A stretch of 64,000 nt of DNA from Ptychomitrium polyphyllum. Lineage: Eukaryota. Shown here in pieces: positions 44,970 to 55,895 of this stretch. The stretch is from positions 8,866,001 through 8,930,000 of the forward strand of contig OZ316775.1 in NCBI GenBank assembly GCA_973851085.1, written 5' to 3'. The notes below the pieces were generated by a model. It made no database searches and was not told the DNA's origin. It was given only the letters and a program-made list of their open reading frames with translations. Position numbers and translations under genes: made by a program. How positions within the stretch are numbered: position 1 is the first letter of the stretch; the number at the start of each line of letters is the position of its first letter.

Positions 44970-45270
44970 TGTGGGAGATGGGACAAGCAAAAAAATTCTA
45001 ACTCAAGACATGGGTGTTTTAGGTGAAGGACAAGTAACAGAAAAAAATGAAAGATTTTAGTAGTAAATTGGGAAAAGTCTTCTTCTTGGGACAAACTCTC
45101 GGGATTGCCATTCTAAAAAGCATTCCTCAAAATTGTCGATGAGATAAAACTATCTTGTAATAATTGTTCATGGAGGCATCAAACTCATTTTTTCATCCAT
45201 GTACAGATTGTTTCTCACATCAATGACGAGACAAGGTGGGAAGCTTCATGAAATTTTAATTTTTTTACCA
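44970..45270 (+). repeat. Diverged dispersed repeat, copy 2
   Basis: Collinear short identities with 30159-30460, same orientation. Confidence 0.6.
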
Positions 45271-47064
45271 AACATATTACTGAAACTCTCTAACTTTGAC
45301 AGAAATCTCCTGCCAAGTGTCTTGTGGACATCGTGTATAGCGGCTCTTAACAGGACCTTGTTCAGTGGACGAGTGAACCTGTCAGTGCAGTCACCAGCAC
45401 TTCATTCAGTTTTCTGCCAACTTCATATTACAGTAACATGTTTCCTGTGGGCACATTTCTAAGAAGCTCAGCTCTTAGATTGCCTTGAATCTGAAATTTT
45501 AGTTGGTGGGAGAAAACCTGTAGCGAAGTCTATTGTACTGATTGTGTACCGCAATTACTACTTCTTTAGATCCCCATTGATTTAGTTCGTGGAGGTAAGT
45601 ACGCTTGGGCCACGATGAAACTTTGCTTTCTCGTGCTCCTGACACTTGAGATCCTTGCACAGCGGTTGAAGTGCTTCCTGGGCTACAGCGAACCATGCAG
45701 CCATTTATTTACCTAAAACCTGGATTTATCCTGGAAGGAATTTTGCCACCAACTTGAACATTAGGCCATTTGCAGTAGTATCATCAGCTTGATGAATGTT
45801 CCTGAAGAGAAGAATGAACTCTTCCATTCAATGCACTCTTGGTTAAGTGAATTTAGATGCAGCATTCAGAACATTGACGAAATATGAACTAAATCGTTAC
45901 AATGACCTTGGCGTTGGATGAACACCTCTTTTCGGGTTCTTACTTTGGTAGTGTAGACTTTGAATTCCACATTCATTTGCCACTTGGGTACATTTTGTGA
46001 GGGACTTGTAAACGTGCAGAATTTTCGTGATTGCTACTGAAGAGTAATGAAGTATTGTCATTCTAATAATTGTCAGATCCATAGGATGAATTTCTCTCTT
46101 ATGCTTCATGCTTACAGTTCAATAATGTCTCATACCTTGCAAAAGTGAAAGTTTTGCAACTTTAAAAGTTGCAGGAATATGTTTCTATTAACTTTAACAC
46201 TCATAAAATAATGTCGAACAATCTAATTTGATGTGCAAAAACAACATTGTTCCCTAGTTATAAGGTTGTCCTCTAGAATTATTCATCAAGTCCTTCTTAA
46301 AAAGGATTTTTTTTCAAAACACACTCATTTTCACCACAGTAAGAAGTAAAAACGTGTTTCAAAATGTATTTTCATGAACCAATGAGAAACATCCACAATT
46401 TTGGGGAATGGTTGAGGAGCCTCAAACTTTGGACCTTTCTAAAGCTATCTAAGCTCTTCCAAGCCAACACTTTGCTCACCCTACATTCTCAAAACTCTTT
46501 TAATGGCTCTCCCAAATTAAAAGGACTTTAGTGGTTGTATCATAAATTTTTGAATTTTTTTTTTTAATAAAAAAAACGCACTCTAGAAATTCTACTAAAC
46601 AAATAACTTTATTACCTATGTCATAGGTACAACCTATGTCTGCAATAGCGCCTGTGAGATCAGACATACCCCTTTTTTCCTTTTTCTTTGCATCCAACCA
46701 AATATATTATGATAATATAGCAAGTCCAGAAAATTGTAATTGAGCAAGACTTGCATCAGCACAAACAACTTATGAAGTCAATCTTGCAAGTGGCCATGTC
46801 TAAGTTACATGTGCGCTGTAGCAAGAATGAGGTAAAGCCTATCAGGACTTCACCCTTGCATGATTCATGGTCAATTGTCTAATCTTATTTATTTGCATCA
46901 TGCAAGAACTTCCTATCAACTTGTGCACTGTAACTTAGTGTGAATCTGTCTCTGCAAGCAAACAATAGATTGATCGAGTATAAGGTTAGCCTATCACAAC
47001 CTCAGTAATTGAGCTCTCAGCTTACAACTTTGACTCTAATAACTTAACTATACCACTTGTATGT

Positions 47065-47196
47065 GGCGCCCTGGCGGTTTTTCCAAAAGGGACCCTTTGC
47101 ACTGTGTGAATAAGACTTCTCACTGTGTGCACCAGGAAAATACACGAAGTTATACAAGGGGGGAGTCTCACAAGGGGGGAGGGTCTAAGGGCACCC
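47065..47196. mobile_element. Putative ~132-bp MITE-like insertion
   Basis: Imperfect terminal inverted repeats GGCGCCCT ... AGGGCACC(C), flanked by the 5-bp direct repeat TATGT (47060-47064 and 47197-47201). GC-richer than its flanks. Confidence 0.4.
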
Positions 47197-48674
47197 TATG
47201 TTACTGACCAAGACTGCGTCACTGCATGAGATTATCCATTGAAACATAATACTGCTAGACTAATTGCCGCTGTAACCCCACTCATGGAGATGCCACCTCC
47301 CTTGCTTTGTTGCGACGATGACGACGTTTTTGACACTAGTAGTGATTTTTCTCTGCTAAAGAATTTAAAAAAAAAGAGAGAATAAAAAAACCTGGATCTT
47401 CGAAAACCTCTTTAAACCCAAGTATCAGCGAGATATCATTGAAGTAGCCCATATGTATTACCTAGTAGGACCAACATATACATGTGAAAAGAGCATTCAA
47501 GGAACCTGGATTGCTCCTCCAGCCATGGTAAAATATAGAATTCGCTGATCTGTGTTGGAGGACGACAAGCAAGGAATATTACTTGAAGCTGTATGGCGGT
47601 TGAGTGTACACCAGAATAGTATATAAATTGTTCCCACCCATACTTAGCTCAAATCTTTCCCTCTCCAAGTTGATGGGAACATTGGCAATGCAGAAAAGTA
47701 GAAAGAGCTGGCTACAAAGGCTACTATAGATACAGTGAAGGAGTTGAATTGTGCCCCCCATTTAAGTTAAGTGTTATAGTGGATTTGGTAGCATGATATG
47801 CTTCACGTGTTTGACAGAAAATTGGTCCTACTGCACAGCGAAGTCTCTGAAAGGCTACTGGAAGTAGGTCGTTGTGCCCATCATAACACAACGGGCGTGA
47901 TTTCATCGAAAATCTGGAATCCTGGACTATTTTTTGTGGAGATCGTTTCAGAAGTGACCTTTAAATAGTAAAAACAAGTCTAAAAAACATTAGACATGTA
48001 TTTAAAAAAGTTCAAAAACTTGGGCAATTAGGTTGGAGGAGCTGTGTTGTAAGAATAGCCATTTGTTAACCGTATAAAATTGTTGAGTTGAATGCAGCTG
48101 CTAAATCAGGGAAAGATGACGTCATATGTGCAGCTCATCAGCCAAATATATCACCATACTCCATACAATAGATTGTCCAAGGCAACACATCCCTCTCCTG
48201 ATCTCAAAATTTCTCCTTCAAAATTCTACTCACACCAAAGAGTCACAGATGAGGAACTTGATTTCCTTGTCAAATGCAGTCTACGTATTATATTACAAAT
48301 TTGATGACTGTACAATCTTTCAAGTTGCTGCTAACCATATAATCTCCATTTCACCCTGCGAAGGAGTCTAAGAAGTCATTTAATAACGCACAAGAAGAAT
48401 CCGGGTCTTTCTATTCACATTGAGCTACTTTAAATACAACCTGTGAAAAATGGTCCCAGTATAATGATGTTATCAACATCTAATAAGATTCCGTCATATC
48501 TTCGAATGGTTTTCCACGAGTATGACTGGAGAATGTGATCGGCCATCACCAATGTGATGCACTTATCTATGAGCTGGTGTGGTTAAGAAACTACTCAAAT
48601 TGCTGTCTTTCTATATAAATGCTTCCAAAATCAACAGAATTTAAGAGATAAATCAGATATTGGCTGCAATGCTT

Positions 48675-50568
48675 CTATCCTTGTTCCACAGTGCTCGGAA
48701 CAGCAGGGGTGTAAACCAAACTTTCGGCATCTTCCCAGCAGAGCTTGGGAATGGTCCGATCAGGAACTGGCGCGTACGCCTGTAGAAGTGAGCACCATTC
48801 ACAAGCAAAGGTGAGAATTGCTAACAATACCTGAGAATACAAATCCTGAACTGACTCTGATTTTGGTAGGCAGTACAACCGAACCAATTCTTGAAACGAA
48901 ATGGCAGAGATGCATATGATAAAAATGTACCTCCATTTTGTCAAGGAGTTCGCTGGCAGTTGGGGCTGATACCACAATGTTTCGAGCTGATAATCCGAGA
49001 AACCCCTCCTCCAGAGCCTTGTCGAAAAGGGCCAAGAGAGGGTTGTAGTAGCCATCAACGTTTAGCAGGCCCACCTGAGATTCAAGACAATATCCCACCA
49101 GCATCAACACATGACGAGTGCCAGTGCCATATCTGTGCCAGTGAATATCCTGCTCTTTTCGGTATTCTTGAATCAAAACTGAGAAGCTGACTCACCGGCT
49201 TTTCATGAATTCCAAGTTGCGACCAAGTAATAACCTCAAGCAGCTCCTCCAACGTCCCATAGCCTCCTGTAATGCGACCAGGGATTAATAGAAGTTAAGG
49301 AAGCATAGATTGGAACAAAGCAACAGGAGATGTGATTAAGACTCTGCTCTTGAGCAAAAATATTACTTCTATGCTATACGTGATCCTCTGTCATCAACGA
49401 TTAAGGAAATGCCCAAATTTATGAAACCTGGGAGAGCAATGAACGCATCCGCTAGTCGAGCCATTTCTGCCTTTCGTTGGTGCATATCAAACACTGTTAT
49501 CAACTCCCCAACTGTCTGTCCGCAGATCTGGACAATGTCAAACAGAGTTTCAGAATCTTCATCCAGAATAGAGATCTCAAAGCCAGCAGCTCGCGATGAG
49601 CAAAGTTACGAAACAGAGAATAATGACTTTAACAGTTTTATCTTTGTCTTCAAAAATAATCTTCAAGAGCAAGAGAGAGGCACAGAAACAATTCCAGAAG
49701 CTTACCTCTTTGCCCATCAACGCCTTGGGAATTACCCTGTCAACCAACAATGAACAATCCCAAGAATGTTCTTAGACCTTACAGAGCAGCATACATGTAT
49801 CCAACACCTTAACCCTATTCTCTAACCCCTTAATTTCCGGTGTTTAATGTAAGCACCAAAATCCCTATGCACCATTTGAAGTTTGCATTTAAAGTATTGT
49901 GCTCCTACAATTCATCGCACCCTCTTAATAGGAATTCCAAAAACAAGAATAAAAACCTAACTCTGCAAGTAGGCTGTACCCACAGAAGATTGAGCAGCCA
50001 CAGAAGATTGAGCGGCGCATTACCCTACTACGTGACCGCCTCCTGCATGCACAGTTTGCGCCACCTGACCCATGAGTCCAATGCTCCCTCCACCATACAC
50101 CAAGTCTACTTTCCTGCTCACCTGTATACACACATGACTCAATTCGATGAGTCTATCGCATACCAACTGTGTAAACCCAAACAAGCAACTAAAAACTGGC
50201 CTACCTAATTCTGGCGTTACCTAACCAACCGGAGACAAAAGAAAGACGGCCATTGCAAACCAAGAGACATAGAATTGCATGGCAAACAGTACCAACCGAT
50301 ATCCTGCACTTGACATCTCAGAATCAACATGAAGGTAAGTGAGGAGGAGATGAAAGTAGAATGCAGCACAAACCAGGTCACGACCAAGGCTAAGCGCGAC
50401 GTTGCTGAAGATATCCTTCTTGCCACTGCTGCTGCCGCAGAACACACAGATCCTCTTGAAAGTTCGCTTCCCACACTTTCGATCCTTGGCCACGAGATCA
50501 GCAGCGGATGTCGGGTACACCCCGGCCACTTCATGCTCTCCTGGCAACTTTCCCATACTCTCCACCAT
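48675..50568 (-). CDS. LOG: LONELY GUY cytokinin riboside 5'-monophosphate phosphoribohydrolase, copy B, 7 coding exons
   Basis: Exons 50568-50374, 50121-50024, 49736-49706, 49527-49428, 49266-49196, 49074-48931, 48779-48675. Motifs [86 protein letters not shown] 5'UTR acceptor lies near 50630 and a TATATAAA (minus strand) near 50890. Confidence 0.96.
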
Positions 50569-53500
50569 CGCGCTCCCAGAGTGATCCGGCACCACAATAC
50601 TGTACCTCGAATTCACCAAAGAAGTCGCCTGCAATCAAGAAAACCAAGAAAACAAACACCTTGGAATAAATGCTTCACGACCTAATCACCCACTTCTCAA
50701 CCAACTACCAAAGCTAACAACTTGGGTCCTGTTCCAGAAAAACCCTCACACAATATGGATGGTACATGAATTCCAACTGGATGTAACACGAATTCCAATT
50801 GGTTGTTATATGAATGCAAATTAATCACCTCAAAGGAATGCATTGGCAACGAAGACAAGAGCAACAACCTACCGTTAGATGAAGTAGATTTATATACGCA
50901 CCAACTGGGCCTCAACTGACTTGTAGCCCAGGGTGGTATATCCTCCCTGGAGCTGCAACGATCACGCTGCAAGTGATGGCATTGATGGGAGAGGATGAGA
51001 ATGCGAAACGTTCGCCACACGACGTCGTTCAATGATCCCCTCTATCTTGGAAGGATGGCAACAGTCTACATGAGGAAACTGAAGCCTGAGAAGGAAAGGC
51101 TGGAATGATCTGCACGATCATTTCCAAGTGGATGCTTTATAGCCTACAATTTGAGAGACTCTCAAGAATGATCCTCAGCATTTCCTCTAGGTGCTAATTC
51201 AAAGAGAGGATGAGATTAGGTCCCAAGTCATATCGTGTGTCGCTTATGATCTCTCTGAAGATACTGCAGAGCTCAAAAACTCATGAATCTGGAGCAAAGA
51301 TTGCCATTTTCAGTTGTCACATTCAGTAGGCATGGTTTTCAATGAGAAGTCTAGTAGCTTTAGGGAGCATTATTATGGAATAGGTCTACAATGAAGAGTT
51401 TAAGATAGCCTTGCATCTGCAGACCCATACTTTTGCAGGTTTTCTAGAATATTCTGCATGTTGATTACATTGATGGTTCACTGGGTTGCACTGTGAGACA
51501 TGTGTGCATTGTGAGACATGTGTGCTTGGCGGAAACAAAGATGTCTCACATGGCAGTGGCCATAGGATTGTACTGTATTTCCAGCATTGGAATTTTGTAC
51601 TGGAATCATTTCGAAATCCAGCAGTGGGGATTATTTATAAGGTAGATGGCTTGATTCTAGAAGTTTGTAGAACTACTTTGCTTGCTTCTTGCAGAAATCT
51701 ATGTTATGTTCCATAGGCAACAACAAACATTGTGAATATCAGTATCTCTGAGCTCTGTAGGAAGTGGTCTTTGGGCCCAGTTATCATTGCAGTATGCGAC
51801 GTGCGCATGTTACAGCCTATGACAATGCTTGCCTTCGGTAGATTCCAAGAATAAATCAGTACTTGTATGGATTCGTACAGATCAGCACTGGAGTGGGGTG
51901 TTACGTGTGATACTTTCAAAAGGCACAGGGAATAAACAACAACCAGACTTGGTCCCTCCTGTGTAGGTAAAAAGTAGAGAAACTGCATTCAAGCTGAATA
52001 TCATGGTATTCAGCATTTACAAATTGGCAATGCTGTAAGATAGTAGTATCTACATTTCCAACATCTTTAAGTAATTTGCAATGCATGAGATCTGAAATTC
52101 ACTTGAGGTGATTTACATGTGATTGACAAAGGTCACCTTCTCATGATCACACTCCTGATTTGTTGCATTATTTGCTTTGAAGCACCCTCTCTAGGACAAT
52201 CCATTTAAGCTGTTCACCAATTGCAAGCTGGCTTTATGGATATAACACAGTGTGCACCAATTAGCATGCTTACAACCAGATTTCTGCCATACAGTCCTGG
52301 ATGGGCATTGGGCACAAAGCAAAGAGGCTCGTCAATTCCTGGCATAGCCCACCACCTGAAGGTGATGATGGATAATGATTTGTCAACACCAGTTATCCAT
52401 AACAAGCAAATTGTCATATTAGAATTGGTGCCCCATATTTGTGACTTAGGAAGAGATGTAAAGGAGACTGCATACACTCTGCAGGCAACTAGGTAGCCTT
52501 AATAAAATTAGAATCTCATCAGAGATGTGGATTTTATCATCATTGTACCAGCTTGTGAAGGAGTGTGGGTTTTTAATACATTTGCAAGTTCAAAACCATT
52601 GGTAGAAGAGAGCATAGCTGCATCCTAATCTACTTTGCATTTTCATATTCAAAGCCCAGTATCTACTGTAAAATGGCTTCAAAACACAACAGCTACTGTA
52701 AAATGGCTCAAACCCTAGTCAGGTAAGTACACACAGGTATCCAATATGGGTATTGTCACTTCTGCTAAATACTGCAACTGATACCAGAGATAGTCGTTTT
52801 CTGAATTACCATGTGCAGATGAATAGGATCTATAAGCCTTTGTCATCATTTTGGTTGTGAAGGTGGAGGTGATATGCCAAGCAAGGGGGTTACAAGCTTA
52901 CTTAGTGAAGATTGAGACATCTTGTCAGTAAAGTGGAGGGTGCAGGTATGCATCCTTTTCTAATGCAAATCCTATCTAGGTGATATTCCTAACTTAAAAG
53001 CCTTGAACTTCAGTTGGAATAGTATGTTGTGTGTGCAGTTGTCAGTCACACAATTTGCATTGCAAAGTTGAAAACTTGCTTATAGCCATAGCAGGTACAT
53101 CATTTTGCACTTGCAGAGATTACAGCAACTTTTTATTCCATTCAATCTCCGACCTAAAGCTGTAAGCAGCTGATTTGTTCTCAATTGTCCAAGATTTACA
53201 ATACAGTGACATACACGAGACATACCAACTTGAACTAGTTATGTACTCCATATCGTACTACAAGATCAGCAGCTATGAGATAATAGGTGTGCATGTACCA
53301 TTATGTTATGATGGCTTGCCATGCTAAAGGAGTATGGGTTTATGGCATCTGTTAATTTGCTCCCAGCATTGTTATAGGTTCCCTCGTTTGAGACATGCCT
53401 ATTGCCAGAAAGTACGTGATATTCTTAAGTGATAACATTTTTCAACATTTGAAGCAACTCATTCTTCACCTTGAAAAGTGGGAAATCAATAATTAATGAT

Positions 53501-54365
53501 AGTGAGGGCATGTGGCAATGAGTGCATGAAAGTATGGGTACTATGATGATGTGGCAAACAGACTCCTTGAATTATTAGTAAAACGCTATTTTCAAGAAAG
53601 AGTGATGTTTCTGAATGATGGAATTTCTTTATTGAGAGAGAATATTAAAGGGGGTCAATAAAGAATGTTATGAGTTCTTCTTGATACCTTTCATTGTCCT
53701 TTATCAAAAGCTATACAAAGTTGTTTACACTTCAATCTCTCCACCTCTTAACTTTCATTTCCTACTTTCTTAACTATACTAATTTCAAGTTTATTTGTTT
53801 GTAGAAAGATTTGTTCTTTTAAAAAAATTGATGATTTAATTTGAAGTTATAATAAAATAAGATTAGGTTTAAAATAAATTAACTCATTTTGAAATGAAAA
53901 TTTTTAATCAAATACAATGTTTTGGTAAATTATGATAGTGTCAATTATATACTATTATATCACAATTAGCAAAAAGATTGTACAAGGAATTTCTAATATT
54001 TTCCATTGTGAAGTAATTTCCTATATACTAAGGTCACTTGTGTATAGATAATATAATATAATTAACTAACCAATATTTCATAATTGAACTTGCCTTCATT
54101 TTTAACTATATTTAATATGTTTGAAATAATAAAAATAGTATAAGTATTTACATGCAATGCCATGTGGGATTATTAAAGTTATTAGAGTGAAAAATATTTT
54201 TTGAAGGATTTGTTTCTTATTCTTTATAGAGATGCTAATAATTGTTGTTGAAGTTTGTACAATTGCCAATGCCTTCCATGCCCACAACCAAGCCTATAAC
54301 ATTCTAAAATGAGTCTTAAGGGCATTATTCCATTGGAATCTACCATATCTCTTTAAATATTCAAC

Positions 54366-54477
54366 TGTTGACCATTTATAAGGCATGATTCAAGATGTTG
54401 ACCATTTATAAGGCATGATTCAAGATGTTGTCCATTTATAAGTCATGATTCAAGATGTTGACCATTTATAAGGCATG
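54366..54477. repeat. 30-bp tandem repeat (TGTTGACCATTTATAAGGCATGATTCAAGA), ~3.7 units
   Basis: Directly visible; the third unit carries two substitutions; no spacers. Confidence 0.95.
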
Positions 54478-55895
54478 TTCTAGAATTGATTCCTAGATTT
54501 GGGTCACTCTAACACTAGTCTTCTGGAAGGTACATTCAATATCTTCTAGAAGGCTGTGTAAAAAGAAGAGACATTAGAGGCATGATAAGTTAATGGAAAA
54601 GTAGGTTGACTTTTCTGCTACCTCTTGAAATCTGAATGTGCTTTGCTATTGACAGAATATGTCAGCAGGTAAACTCCTCAGGTGCACATTTCATGAGGAC
54701 TTGAATGGCAGATGCACAAGTAGTTCATAACAGAAGGTATAGATACAGACAAATGTAGAATGCTATAACATTCTTTTCAGTATATGACCATGCAACATGA
54801 TGGATAGAATTGTACTAGACCTGGCCTGTACTACATTTCTTCTCCAGGTATTAACATTGGTAAACATTGTGTAGTACATGTGCTACTGTAATAGAGGTAG
54901 GAGAGATGCAGATCATCCACTTAAAGAATGTTATGCCACAATTTTATCAAGTACCTGGTCAATCTCAACCTCAGTAAAATTTCAAATAAATTCAAACACG
55001 CACAAAGACTTTTTCTTTTGTACAGCACTCTTTGCATGCATCCTGAAAAGTAATTATTTTGTATCTGCAACCCAAAGCCAAACCATGCACGCAAGCTCAG
55101 GAATTTTAGAGTCTTCAAATCTTTCAAAGAATTCTTTACACATGTATCAGATGATAAGACCCACCAATATACATTCCTTTTGGAACTAGTGTGCCTTGTA
55201 CAAATCTGCATGGAAACAATGACAGTGTGTCCAGTCCTAAGCGGTCATCATTGTACATGGGAATGTCTCCTTCATGGAGTCTTGCCCCCTCTCTCTTGAG
55301 CTGATGATGAGCCAACATAAAGCAGTTAGAATTGTGGTTGTGGTGGGCAGTGGAGAGGCACCGACAAATCAGGTCAGGGACAGGACAACAGTACTTATAT
55401 TGTTGGTCAAAGTTGGTTCCGCCAAATAAGTGTTTAGAAAAAAGCGTGGGTTTCTTGGTCATTCCATATAACTTGCATCTATGCTTCCAAGTCATCAAAC
55501 TGCCACAAAACCCTTCCACGTTCCTCTGCCACTCGTTCAACTCAGTTTGACACCCATAAGTACACTGAAATCGTCAATAGAACCATTCCTAATCTTCCCA
55601 ATGCAAGCCTACAGATAGATATGAAAATAAATATAGAATTTCTACGCAGACCTATCCTGAACTTGTACTGGACTAAATTACAATGATTATTCAACCAAAA
55701 GGAAAGAAATTTGGATTTTCCTTTCAAAGAAGTGACAGTTGACTCAGTGACCTATTTCTCTTAGAATGTTTGAATCATGTCGTAGCAATATGCCTTCACA
55801 TGTTCACTTGAAAGCCTAGCTTCTAAGATAACATTGGAGGATACATAGGTAAACAAGAAAAATCTTGAAAGAATCTGCTATGAAATTTGGTAAAA

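Noticed and set aside
35285..47344. CACTAGTAGT at 35285 and ACTAGTAGTG near 47335-47344 as possible CACTA element ends
   Set aside because: Inverted match is short and imperfect, the 3-bp flanks do not match (TAA vs ATT), and no transposase or subterminal repeats are seen.
52214..52496. Overlapping 87-91 aa ORFs on both strands
   Set aside because: Non-ATG starts, no recognisable domain and no convincing exon chain.
49980..52715. Small two-copy duplications near 49980, 51486 and 52663
   Set aside because: Ordinary replication-slippage duplications with no shared sequence among them.
54366..54477. 30-bp direct repeats of CRISPR-like length
   Set aside because: Head-to-tail with no unique spacers, no cas genes and a eukaryotic context; an ordinary minisatellite.
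54478..54552. Cluster of TTCTAGAA/TTCTGGAA heat-shock-element-like words
   Set aside because: About 4 kb from the nearest start codon, adjacent to a tandem repeat, and such words are common in TE remnants.
55136..55550. 134-aa minus-strand ORF downstream of the ELG1-like gene
   Set aside because: No recognisable motif; likely 3'UTR or intergenic sequence.
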